This document shows positions 49,871-62,180 of a stretch of 64,000 bases of DNA, in pieces. Every line of letters begins with the position of its first letter. Position 1 is the stretch's first letter. A program made the position numbers and the translations under genes. The stretch covers positions 4,733,824 through 4,797,823 of the forward strand of contig MU054391.1 in assembly GCA_013239625.1 (NCBI GenBank), read 5' to 3'. The DNA comes from Lama guanicoe (Eukaryota). Under the pieces are notes generated by a model. That model saw only the letters and a list, made by a program, of their open reading frames with translations. It was not told the DNA's origin and ran no database searches.

Positions 49871-52408
49871 TTAACTAAAGACGTGGGATATTGTACCTTC
49901 CCATCTATAACACAAAGGTCCCGACTCCGACGGCTTCATTTTACAAATAATGATGTTCCCACGTGCACACAGAATGTCAGAGGAAGAGCCAAGTCTAAAA
50001 CCCACATACCACCCCCCCAATGCTCCTTCCACTGACTTCAGATACAGACCCTCCCACCCCTGCAAATGAGAGAGCATTGTTCTCTATTATCTTTCTACAT
50101 AAGTACAGGCATTAAGTCATTCATTCACTCCATTAGCATTTCAAGTGCCAGTAGGCCTTGGGCTCCAGTTGCGGGCACAGTCCCTTCTCTTGAACTCCAG
50201 TGGGGTGCAGCTGTTGGGGCCGGGCCAAGGCCCAGACCATCCCGTGGGAACTCAGATTGGTTCTGAGCCCTCGTGTGGTCAGCGAAGAGGGGCAGAGGCA
50301 GCAGCTGGGAGGAAAGAGGGCGGCCTGGGGTTGGTGGAAGGACGGGGGCGCGCAGCACTGGGGGTCAGAGCTGCGTGTGAGAACGATGCTGACTCATGCT
50401 CACCAACCCACAGGAAACCAAAGCACAGAAACCAGAGCGCCAATGTATTCATTTATTGTTAGAACAAAATGCGACTGCCAGGGCACCAGCACTCACTTCC
50501 TATGGCCAAACACTCACCCTTTGTAGGCAAATTACCCGGGAAGGCAAATTATAACTAGGAGTTTGCTTGGAGAGCTTGGAGCCAGAGCAGGGAGAGCTGA
50601 ATCTGTCCTGATTTGAATGTATCCTGACGTGGGGCGTACTTGTTTCCGTAACAAGGCACTGTCAGCGCTGGACGTGACAGGCTCAGGTGGGACACTCACC
50701 CTGCAGGCGGTGACATCAGTGTCTGTCCCCAAGTCCCTCCCGTCTGCTTCCAAAACAGCCAGTTCTCCTCCGGAAACACACACGCTTTCTTTGGACAGGA
50801 TCACGCTGGGATCGGACTGGAGCCAGGTTCTTTTGCTTCTCGAATTTGAATTCCAACTTCACTTTTAGAGTGGGTGATTTCTAATTTCTCGGAGACAGGA
50901 AGAAGATCCATTTGGTCAGCAAGGAAACTGAAGCTCAAAAAGTTAAGGAACTCACTTATCCAAGGTTGCCCAGGTAGCAATTCCATGAACTGAATTTCAA
51001 GCCTGGTTTTAATCCAGTTGAAAGGGGAAAATGTCTGAAAGTACCAAGTGCTGAAGGTTAAGCGGCTCAGTTTGGTGCCTGAGCACATCAACCTCTGAGG
51101 TTAGAAACTTGAAAGTGGAGCCCCTGACTTCTGCTCCTGCATCACTTCCCACAGTGCCTGGTCCAAAGTGTGCTCACGGAGGCACTTCACACGTGACAGC
51201 TAAGCTCTCTGCTCCATCCCAGATGGACCCAAACACACACAGAGGCATCACACACCAAGCCACATTGCTTCCTTCCTCCCATCACTCACCTTTTAATCAA
51301 CAGGGTCTCCTTCAAGGAGCACCTGGGAGTCCTTTCCTCTGGGGTCCACTGGCCTCCTCTCCCTGCCCCACATGCCTCTGGACCTTTCTGGCCCCCAGGG
51401 ACACCACCCCATCCTAGAGCTGCTCCCCAGAGTCCTTGGGGTGCTGCTGCCCATTATTTCTGCCTCACCCCCAGAGGCAGAGGTAGTCCTACCCTACGTC
51501 CTGGCCCAGTGCACCTTTCTCTGACCATGGCCATGGCCTTCATCATGAGTACAGGATCTCTTTGCTAGCAAAGCCTCTGTGCCTTCCCTCGTGTAAGCAA
51601 AGATTCCCTCCCTGCCAGGACTTTAGAACGGAAGGGAAGAAAAAGTCAGGTCAGAGGAGAATTCCATCCAGCCACACATCGAACAGATACGCGCTGAGTG
51701 TCTGTAGGTCTGACAGACGGGTTGCAATGAACCGAGCCTTGGAAGAAGTCGGAACAGGAGGGTTCTAGTCCCAGCTCTGCCACCAACTCAACGGGTAGCC
51801 TTGAAACTGTCAGAGACCATCCAGCCCCAACCCTCTTACTTTGCTGTTTCCCCATCTGATACAGCTCCCATCTCTGATAGCGCATGGCCCTCTGCACCTG
51901 AGCATTTTTAAGTGTTATTCAAAAGTGGTCTAAAGTAAATAACAAATTTAGTAAAACATATACAAGGAACTACATTCCAATGAGATGCAAGTCCTCTTAG
52001 GATCACTATAACGATCTTGCAAAATGGAGCTGGATGATCGCCCGGAAGTCATCCCTAAACAGCTCAGAAGAAGGGATGACAGCCTTGTGCGTGAGATACC
52101 CGAGTAAGACAGGAAAAGGAAGTGGTGCTACAGATAAGCTTTCTTATGGATTATTACGTTATGTTATGCTTTGGCTTTTATGGTAGGAACAAACATATCC
52201 CTGTAGAATGTTCAAATGAATTGTCCATTTTCCCAGGTGCTTATGAACAAGAAGAATGTGTATCATGTGAGGGGCACAACTGTGTCTGTTTAACCTTGTT
52301 TCATTCAAGGCAACAAGTTCAGAATGTGTCTGCTAGACTGACAGCTCGACTTTTAAATCTATTTCCATTAAGGGGTCTTTGTTTTCTGGCTTTTTCTGGG
52401 CTCCTTAT

Positions 52409-52545
52409 CTCAGGAGTTCCTGAACTGGGTCTGTGGACATGGAGAGCCTTACGGACGCACTTTAGAGGGCCCTCAACCCCGAAAAGCGAAGGCATATGTA
52501 CTCGCTTTCATCTGATTTTCAAAGGGCCCCTTGATCCCCAGATGA
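52409..52545. mobile_element. hAT-Charlie (MER103-like) remnant
   Basis: caggagttcctgaactgggtctgtggac ... gctttcatctgattttcaaagggccccttgatccc. Confidence 0.45.
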
Positions 52546-54799
52546 TCCCTGGTTCTGCTCCTTGTTCATATGCAGGGGAGAGAATTTTCTAAGCCAGACC
52601 TGGATGTGACTGATTTTCAGCTTGGTCAAAAGGATCCTGATTCTGGTAGCAGAGAGACCTGGCTGAAACCAACTTGCCAGAGAAACTCGACTCTTGGACA
52701 AATTACCTAGACTGTGATTCTGAACATCGGTAACAGCGTTTGCCCCCTTCTCGGAGTTATTATTGTGAGGATGAAATTCGCCACCGTCTGTAAACTCCAG
52801 GGCATCACTGGTGCTCCATGGGCCGTAGACCTTCTGAGCCATCTCAGGCTCCAGAGCAACCGGGGCTCCTCCCTGGTGCGGCTCCCAGGAAAGCAGCCCC
52901 TCTCCTAGGACCTCCCGGGGCCAGAGAACTAAAACACAGACTCCAGTCAGCCAGCTCAGCCTCTTTGAACTTGTTGCTTCATTGCCTTCAGGAGTGAAGT
53001 TTCTCCTCCAGAGTCATTCCTGAAAGAATCTCCATACAGCAGACGATGACCCCCCACCCCGCTGTTCCCAAGTCCTGCCTCCTGCAGAGCAGACAAGGGG
53101 AGGAGCAGCTCCCGCCCCAGCTCAGGCCTCAGCCTGCTGCTGCGCTCTGCTTCCACCTTTGGCGACAAAGCCACTTCCTTGTCCTCGAGGCACCTACAGA
53201 TCCCACTTCACTTCCTCCTCCACTTTCATTTCTCATACCTTGTCATGAGCCACATCCTCTGTGCTAGAAACTGCTCCCACTTCCTGCTCACCCAGCGCCT
53301 TCTGAGCACTTCCTCCACGGCTGTCCCCTTGATCAGGACACCCATGTCTCCAGGGGATGCTCCGAACTGAGCAGGCCCCCCCGATCGGGAAGACGACAAG
53401 CCCGGGGTTTCTTATCAAAGATACCATGTGCTGGAGACAAGGAGGCACGTCCTGCTCCCGTGACCAGCTGGTCCCCACCTTCAAGCAAAAGCAAGAGATT
53501 ACACCTCCTGGGAGTTCCTAAAGCTTAGTGGATAATGCTGTTTTTCCCATTTCCCTGGGATAAGGAATATGGGTCCGCGTTCAAATCCCAGCTCCACATC
53601 TACTGACCTGTGGTCCTGAGCCCTTAATCTCTGTGAGTGCCAATCTAGCAGCAGGTCAGACCTGGTCTCTACGGAGCACAGTCACATGGTGGCTATTAGA
53701 TGGATTCTGTGGCCAAACTAGCCAAGAGCTGCTGAAGAAACAGACAGACCGTTCCCAGCTGAGGTGAGGAGGAAGAGGCCCCTGGAGCTGACCCCTTCCA
53801 ATGCTTCTGAGCTCAGAAAGGACTTAGGAAGTTGAGGTTTAGACATTAAGATTGTTCCAATGATAACAACCACCACCACCATTTGTGGAAACTCTGCTTG
53901 GTGGCACGTGCTCCGCACGCCCTGTGCCTTAGTGTTGCACCACAGATGTGCAGATGTGCCTTTGGCAGATGTGTAAGAGCTGGATTTGCCTGGTGCCCCC
54001 ACAGCAGCCACAGCCCCTCCCCCAGTGTTGTCACTTGTGCTTCGAGAAGAAAAGAGGCCCTCGACGGCCACACATGTCGTTGGGTGTTGTAAGGAGCTGA
54101 GGAAGCAGGAGGCCTCTGGCTTTGCCTCTCTCCTTCTTATAAGACAGCCTTTCCTTAGGGACACGGGACAGGGCTGGATCTAAACCCTTGGAAAGAGGCA
54201 CAAGAAGACAAATGGTTGGTGGAAAGGAGTCTGTCCATGGAGTCTGGAGTCTTCCCTATAAGAAAAAAAAAAGCCCTTGTCAAGAGACCCAGCCCTCACG
54301 AGGCAGTGACAGCTCCAGGGCGGTCTGGGTCACTTCCGCAAGGCAGCTGGACACACCCCCGGTCGCGGCAGAACGCTCAGACTCAAACAGCAGTGCCTGA
54401 CTTCCTAGACTTAAAATCTGTTGAGCCTTCAGGAAAACTACCGGAGTGTGGTGTGGTTCTCTTTGTGGAGGTTCTGCTGTAAAACCTTTAGCAAAGTCAG
54501 AGCCCTGTGCCTCAGACATCAAGCTGTCCGCAGCTGGTTAGACTGACCCATCTGGCCCGTGGCAGAGCCCGAGGTGGCCTACGCCTGAGGTCCAGAACCT
54601 CTTTCCCCCCTCCAGGGGCTCCCAGGTGAGACGGAGCTGGGCACTGAGACCAGGGCGTACGAGGGTGCCCCCAGGGGCCTTAGGAGCTGCTGACGAGGCA
54701 CCTCCCCATGACTGCCTGTTAGCCATGGCGCAGAGGGCGTTCCCGCATCAGCTCCCCCAGAGGCGCACTGCGAGGAAGGACAGGAGACTCAGCTGGTGT

Positions 54800-54990
54800 G
54801 AAGTCCCTGCTCTGACAGTTGTTAGCTCTGTGGCCTCAAAGAGGTGCTTTTTTTTTTTTTTTCAATTCTTTAGACCTTCGTTCCTCATCTGTAAAACAGA
54901 GTTAACAACAGCCCCTTACAAATGTGTCAGAAGAGCCAGTGGAGACGAGGTGGGTAAAGCCTTTGGCACAAGGCAGGTCCTCAGCACGGG
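54800..54990 (+). mobile_element. MIR SINE
   Basis: tagctctgtggcctc...ttcctcatctgtaaaacagagttaacaacag...gtaaagcctttggcaca. Confidence 0.65.
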
Positions 54991-55837
54991 AGGGCTGACC
55001 GCATCGTCACTTTGTTGAGTGCCCGGACCTGGGGCGACCTACTCCTCGGCTGCTAAGCAGAGGATTCCTCACAGTGGCCGCCAGCAAATCCTACAGCCGC
55101 CAAGTGCTGCATCCGCGCCCCACGCGGCAAGTTTGATAAAGAGCGGCCCCACCCCCACACGCACATACGCAAAATTAGGGTCAGGCTCCAAGGGCCCCTG
55201 AAGGATTTTGATTCACAAATCAGATGCATTTCTCTGTTTCCAGAATCAAGTGCCCCCAGATAGCAACCTCCAAAGACTGGAGCCTGCTGACTGCATTGGG
55301 TGCTAACGAATTGTTAACAGGCAGATGATTTTCTTGCGGTTTCTCACCCCCGCCCCGCCCCAGCCCAGCAGGTTTTCTTAAAGGATTGACAGTCTCCTTG
55401 GCAACTGCTGAAGCCCTGCTCACCCCGAATCCCTGCCCCCCGCCTGCCCCAGTCCAGCTAGCGGGATAGTCCCGGCTGCCGAGTTACTCAGCTTTTTCAG
55501 ATCCCTGAACAAAGGTTATTTTGAAATAGCTTACTCGGCTGGGAGGAGAGAACTTTGTTCCTGAAACCAGGTGCTGAGATGACGAATGCTTCCTCTTAAC
55601 CGTTGGACGGTTATCAAACAGGGAATCGTGGGTCCGACGGGCAGGAGAACCAGCAGGTGGCCGGGAACAGGGAGGAACCTTCATCTGACCGTCGGCCTGT
55701 GCGCACTTTCCGGAGACATGTGGGCCAAAGAGGTCATGCTGGTCTCTGCAAGTCGCTGTCGTTTGTGGCATTTCTACAGCAGCCTCACCTGAGAACTTGC
55801 TGTCACGGCTTTAAAACTACTTTCCTAAAATCAGCAC

Positions 55838-56000
55838 GGCAGGAGGGTGTAGCTCAGCGGTAGAGTGTGCGCTTAGCGGGTATGAGGGCCTGGGTTCGAT
55901 CCCCAGTACCTCCATTAAAATAAATAAACCTAATTACCTCCCCCTGTCCCCCCAAAATAAATGAAAAAACATTAAAAAATAAATTTCAAAAAATAGTGAA
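55838..56000 (+). mobile_element. tRNA-Ala-derived SINE (vic-1-like) with intact A and B boxes
   Basis: gggtgtagctcagcggtagag...ttAGC...gggttcgatccccagtacctcca, tail aaataaacctaattacctcccc, and TSD aatcagcac (55829-55837 and 56007-56015). Confidence 0.92.
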
Positions 56001-56441
56001 ACCTGGAATCAGCACAGAGCCAGCACCCCGGCTAGCTTGTGGGTCTGCTAAAGCCCCTTTCCGTTTCCAGATTATTTCGAGAAATCGAAGCAGGAAAAAC
56101 CCCATCTGGCTACAAAGTGGGGGGTGGGGATCAAGCTTTCCCAGGCTACCTAGTTCCCTGCCAGACTAAGGACGGTGACAGGGAGTGAAATTAAAAGAGA
56201 AGGGACACAATGCCCTTTTCTTGTGACTTCAAGGGCACGTTCTTTTGGTTCGCGACGTTTGCCAACCCCTCACCTAGGACTCTCCCCAGGGATATAGGAA
56301 GCATTTCAGGCCTCTCAAAAGAACTCACAAAAGGGCTTTAGAAATGGGACTAACCTTTTGCAAGGTGAGAAGTCTGACTTTGTTGGGTTTTTGCTTTTTT
56401 TTTTTTTTTTTTGGTTTTTGGTGTTTTTTTATTTCAGGGAG

Positions 56442-56546
56442 NNNNNNNNNNNNNNNNNNNNNNNNNNNNNNNNNNNNNNNNNNNNNNNNNNNNNNNNNNN
56501 NNNNNNNNNNNNNNNNNNNNNNNNNNNNNNNNNNNNNNNNNNNNNN
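56442..56546. other. Assembly gap (105 N)
   Basis: Run of N. Confidence 0.99.
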
Positions 56547-58519
56547 TTTTTTTTTTTTTGGTTTTTGGTGTTTTTTAATCTCAGGGAGAAAAGGGAGCGA
56601 CAGGAAGCAAGACAAGAAACACACCGCAAAACACAGCAAGAACAAACGGTTTGAACGCCGAGGGATCCATCGCCCTTCACTCGTTCAGACAGCGTCTGTT
56701 AAACCACTGCCTCCCAGACACTGTGGGAGGCACTGGGTCTGCGTCCTTGAGGAGATCACAGGGGAAAGACGGACACTAAACCAAGAATTACGTTACCAGG
56801 GACCAGCACCCCACCAGGAATAGGAGCCAGGAGATGGAACCAGCTTGTCCACTCTGGGGTTCAAGAACAGAGGGATTTTGCTGGAGGGAGGCAGCTGGAG
56901 CCAGGATAAGAAAGGATGGTGTTGAAAGTTCAGAAGTGTGAGTTTCAGCCGTACCTGAAAGCACACCTCTGCCTGCCTTAGTGCCTTGTTAGAACACCTG
57001 TCCCCAACACTGTAGAACTTGAGCAAAGGTTAATGAGAAAATGTGGGAAACCCATCCTGAGAATTTTTAGGAAAGATCCTAAAATCATGACATTTGAGAG
57101 CGCTTTCCTGTCAGTCAAGCTTTTGGTCCTAATCAACGTGCTTCCATCTGGCACCATTTTTGTTACTGATTCAAGCCAACTGCTAAATTTTTTAAAGTAT
57201 ACCTGTTTCCTTCGAGATCTTCAAATATATTGCTGTGTTTTAATCAATTAAAGAGTATTTACTGAACACCTCCCATGCGCCATATCCTGTTTGACTTCTA
57301 TAAATAAGTCTTTAAAACTGCAACCAAGCAAGACTATATCAATGGTGCCAATCTTCTGGTTTCCCCTTTCGTTTCTGTTGGTCTGGTACTCAACAAATGC
57401 GATTTTTTTTTTCCTTCAAGAAAGGATTTAGCCGTTCATGCTTCTTTGTGTTCTTATTTTCTCTGCAAAGAGCCTAACTTGTGGTAGAAATAAAGACAAT
57501 GGCGTTTGGCAAGAGGAGTAAATGTTACATGTGAGGATGGGGTTTCACCATCCCCAGTAGATAGACTTATGAACCAAGGTCTGAAATGGACATTTATGGT
57601 GTTTTCAATGGTGACAGGTTTGAGAGACTCAGTTGGCCAGTGGTACAAACAAAAAGTCAGTGGGTTACCCCAGGCTCAGCCGTTGACAGTACCCACACCT
57701 TCCTTTACACACACATCCATCCTTGGTCCTCCCGGGAAGCCGGGAAGCATCACTGAAGGGGCGACCAGCCTTCCAAGGGACTCTGTGACAGCTCACTGAC
57801 TCACTTCGCCCTCTCTTGTCTGAGTTATATCTGGGCACTGTATTTTTTTCCCCCTGAAGGAACAGACAGAAGAAAAAGAATGCTGAGATTACTGGTGCAT
57901 TAAACGATTGAGAAATGTTTGCCATTTAAAGCCGTTCTACTTCCTGCCTGATACCACAAAGAAGCTTTTTAATAAAGTTAGCCTTTGCTTTTCTTAATGT
58001 CACTATGCATCTGGCTTGTTTTGCCCACTTTTCATTTTCAAAACAGGGCATAATAATGAAACACTTGTTTCCTTTGCATAAAACAACCGTATTTCAAAGC
58101 AGTCAGTTTAGAGGAGAAGAAGTCAGTGGAAGCCCAGAGGAGGATAAGGATGGCCCAGTGGGAGCAACAGACAGCAGGGAACGGGCACCCAGGTCCTCAC
58201 CCTGCTCTGACCCCAGGTTTCCAGAGGAAGCGGAACCCTGAGGCTGTGGAGGGGGGATGGACAGTTAGCAACGGCTGGAGCAAGGGCCACCCTCATCTGG
58301 CATTTGCCCTTGCTTACCAAGCCTTACAGTGGGCATGTGACTTTCCCCAGCTTCAGCCAAAAAGAGAAACACCATAAAGGGCTGTGAGATGCCCCCAGGC
58401 TAGTTCCCAAAGCAGGACGAACCCATCCCCTGTGGGAGGACCAGTGCTGCTCCGGCCAAACCATACTGTTGCTACTGAAATCCAAGTCCTCCATGTGAGT
58501 CACAGAATACCTAGTTTAA

Positions 58520-58740
58520 AATAACTACAGCTACTGCTTCTTAAGTGCCTACTGCATGCCGAGTACTCCACGTTTTGTGTGCACCTTCCCATGTAAACTT
58601 GACACCTTGTAAGGTAGATATTATCTCTCTTTACAGATGGGGAAACAGGAACTTTATAAAGAGGCTCCATGATTCGATCTGGGTCAGCTGCTAACGAAGC
58701 CACGCCCAAGGGGCGTGACCACATGGCCAAACTCTGAATT
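58520..58740 (-). mobile_element. MIR SINE
   Basis: aagtgcctact...aaggtagatattatctctctttacagatggggaaacagg. Confidence 0.65.
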
Positions 58741-58907
58741 ACCGGCCACACTGCTTCAGGGCTTTCTGGTCGACCTCCCAAGTGCCTATGTTTGAGACCT
58801 GTTCCCAACAGGGTGGTCCTATCTGTTCTTCAGTATTTACTGTGGGCCTATTCTTCCGCAGGCACTAGAGATGAGGAGATGAATAGAATGGGGCCCGTCC
58901 TTGAGAA

Positions 58908-59223
58908 CTGTGCTTTCTAATATGGTAGCTACTGGCCCATGTGACCATTGATCACCAGAAATGTGTCCAGTCTGAATTGAGATGTGTAAAGTGTACCATA
59001 CCAACCGGATTTCAAAGATTTAGTAGGAAAAAGAGTGAACAATATCTTGCTAATAGTTTTTCTATTGATGAAATGTTGAAATGATGTTTTTAATATGTTG
59101 GGTTAACTAAAACACAGTTTCAAGTGTATTTTCACATGTTTCTTTCCACTTTTTAAAATGTGGCTGCGATGCAGGTTAAAGTTACACTTGTGGCTCACAT
59201 TGCACTTCTGTTGGGCAACCCTG
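58908..59223. mobile_element. hAT-Charlie MER33-like element
   Basis: ctgtgctttctaatatggtagctactggcccatgtg...tgaattgagatgtg...aaaatgtggct...gtggctcacattgcacttctgttgggca. Confidence 0.8.
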
Positions 59224-59989
59224 CTCTTGAGCCGCGTGCCTGGTGGGGGTGACAAGTGAGCTGAGCTGCCCCTGTGACACAGGACAGTGGAGTGAACAAA
59301 GGAAGTACAAGGGAAGGCCACGGGGAAGCATGTGAGGCGCTGCACTTGGGCATAAAGGACACAAATGGAAGATCCAGTCCTTCTCATTGACCATCTAGTT
59401 GACCGGACGATGACTTACCACCCTCACTGGCCTCTACCACAGAGACTCCGTGACAACCCAGTTAAGTTACAGGGACTGGATAAGAGCAGGGCAAACTCTG
59501 ACAGCAAGAAGGATGCTGGATTCAGTTCCGACACCCGCATCAGCTCAGATGCAGGCTCTGCTCTGGTTTCCACCTTGATTGGGCTTTCTTTGTACCAAGT
59601 ATTCCAGACCCAGAACCACTTCGTCCTGGCTGGGAGAAGTTCAGATCTCACTCGCCATGTTTTTATGAACCGCTTCCCTCACTTCAAACTTCTTGACCGT
59701 CTGTGGCATACGCTGTGTATTATCTAGTCCATATCCATTTCTCTCTCGTTTCTTGCTAGAAGAATCGCATTGGGTTCAGAGCAGCCACCGGCCAGCCCCA
59801 GTGATGGCAATGACGGGTCTAAGCGGTCTTGACAATTCTGCTCCTCAGTCCCCAGCCTCCCTGGTTGCAAGAGGGGAGTCACCCAGTTCTGGGCTTGCGA
59901 ACGAAGCCAGAGACTGCTTCACAGCCAGAGTCTTTACAGCTTTGCTTTCTTGATAAAATGGGATTTTATGAGTAGGGCTCAAAATGTCT

Positions 59990-60245
59990 CTCCTTGCCCC
60001 ACTGACATCATCCTGCTCCAGACGTGACAGCTGGGGCTGCAGCAGCCATATTGCAACTATTAGGGGAACTCCAAGAAAATTGCAGAAGCTTGTCCCTAGT
60101 AACACTGAGCCTCTAAACCAGTGCCAGCAGCCACTTATCTCCAGTCTTCTTGTCTGTGAGGAAAAATAAACCCTCTATTCTTTATACCACTGCAGTCGGA
60201 TAGTCAGATGTGCTATTTCTTGCAGCCTTTGACAATCTCTACTGA
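59990..60245 (+). mobile_element. Old MaLR LTR (MLT1H/I/J-like) 3' part
   Basis: ggctgcagcagccatattgcaac...gtgaggaaaaataaacc...ttcttgcagcc. Confidence 0.55.
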
Positions 60246-60324
60246 AAAGGGAAAGTAGTCTGTCCAAAAACTTGGACTCCAGCGGAGCTCAGTCACTGCT
60301 TGAACCTCTCTTTGCCTAACAGCT

Positions 60325-60625
60325 CACTTTATTTGTTTATTTTTATTTTCATTGAGGTATAGTTGATGTACAGTGTTCTGTTAGTGTCTGGTGTATGGCA
60401 CAGTGATTCAGTTACACATACACATAATCTTTTTCACATTCTTTTTCATGCTAGGCTATTATGAGATATTGAATGTAATTTCCTGTGCTATACAGTAGAT
60501 CCTTGTTTATCTGTTTTGTGTCTACTAATCCCAAACTCCTAATTTGGCCCTTTCCCCCTTCCCTCTTTGGTATCCATAAGTTTGCTTTCTATGTCTTTCT
60601 GTTTTATAGTTGAGTTCATTTGTAA
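60325..60625 (-). mobile_element. L1 3' UTR fragment
   Basis: attgaggtatagttgatgtacagtgttc...agtgattcagtta...cctgtgctatacagtag. Confidence 0.85.
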
Positions 60626-60949
60626 CAGGCCATTTTACTCACAATTCCCAGAGGTCTCTGTGTATTCTTTTTCTTTGTATGTCACTGTGTCTACCTGAGG
60701 TGGGAAAACTGAGGGTTTAAACTAGTAGTTACTGTAGAAGATCTACATGGATCATTTGAATTTGCATAAAAACTTCACAGTTATAGTGAAGATTTCTCTT
60801 TACCAATGGATTAACGTATCATTTTTTCATCTCCCAATGTATAAGAACTTACAGAGGATAATTCATTGCTCCGAAAGAAACAGATGCGGTCACTCTCTGT
60901 CTTCAGAAGCTTAAAACCAAATATTTGTTGTTTAAACAGCAACAAAACA

Positions 60950-61165
60950 TGTATTATATAGTTTAAAGTTGTTAAGAGAGTAAATTTTAATGTTCTCATT
61001 ACAAATATATATATATGTATAATTATATGAGGAGATGATGTGTTAACTAACTCTTTTGTGGTAATCATTTCCCAATATGTACGTATGTGTACCAAATCAT
61101 TGCATTGTAGACCTTAAACTTGCACAACGCCATATGTCAAGTATGTCTCAGTAAAGCTGGGGAAC
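60950..61165 (+). mobile_element. L1MA-type 3' end
   Basis: aaagttgttaagagagtaaattttaatgttctca...gtggtaatcatttc...ccttaaact...tctcagtaaagctgggg. Confidence 0.8.
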
Positions 61166-61224
61166 AAAACCGACAGCCTTTCTTCCCCTCCCCTATGGCA
61201 AACAGTTTGCTGCCTACCGAGCAG

Positions 61225-62030
61225 CAAGTCCCTCTCATTCCCCTCTGTTCCCAGCCCAGGTGTGTTTAGGTGTCAAGAGCCACAGGCTTGCAGAGCCAAA
61301 TGCCTGGCTGGCCCTTAGGAGCAAATCGTCATTATCCAAGCCAGTCACGGCAACTCCCCTCCCCTCGCTGGGGCTGGTGGAGGGATGCACGTGAGGCTTA
61401 ATTTTAGCCAATCAGCTGAGGGAGGGAGTCTGCTGGGAGACTCGGAGAAAGCCTTCCTTCTTCTGAAAAAGAGGCAGGGCAGCAGACAGAGCTGCAGAAA
61501 CCACAGACCTGAATCTGGAGCCTCTCGACACCAGAGATGTTTATTTCTTGTTCCTGTGAGTGTCTGGGGCAGCTCCAAGTGGTTGAGACAAGGAGGCGGA
61601 GCACAAAGGGTTCTGCTCCACGCAGTGACTCAGGGAGCCTGGCCCAGGCCAACAGCAGCTACGCCATCTTCAACACGCTTTCCAGCGTCACTGGGAGGCC
61701 ACACCCCAGTTACCAAAGGGGAGGAGCCTGGCCTGCCTTCCTTGAGAGCATCTCCTGGAAGCTGCCTGTGGACTCCATGAGCGGCTGCACTGTTGTTGGA
61801 TCCCAGCAGTAACAGGGCACTGGGACCTCCACCCAGGCTCAGAATTCTTGAGCATCACTTGAACCAGGTGCACATGTGTCTTTAAAAAGATCATGCATGG
61901 AGGCTCCAATGGGCCAGGAGTGAAATGGCATTCACGTCCCTCTGGTTAAACTTAGTCATATGGCCATACCTGATGGCAGGGAGGGTGAGGGAGGGAGTCG
62001 AGCTGTGTGTCCAGAAAGAAAAGGAAACAG
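61225..62030. mobile_element. Old MaLR-type LTR remnants (probably two, opposite orientation)
   Basis: ttttagccaatcagctgagggagggagtctgctggga; gtttatttcttg...ctccacgcagtgactcaggga; cttagtcatatggccatacctga. Confidence 0.4.
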
Positions 62031-62034
62031 CTTT

Positions 62035-62180
62035 GGTGCAAAACAAAAATACAAAGTGCCAGGCTCCCAATTACTCAGAATTTCAAAACACTGACACAGG
62101 GAATTAAACCAAGAGCAGGACCCTTCCATGTTCAGGGCTCCGTGCTGCTGCACAAGTTACACGCCATGAACTTGGCCCTG
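62035..62180 (-). mobile_element. hAT-Tip100 MER45A-like element
   Basis: gtgcaaaacaaaaat...agaatttcaaaac...attaaaccaag...ctgcacaagttacacgccatgaacttggccctg ends in the reverse of the CAGGGCC TIR. Confidence 0.7.
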
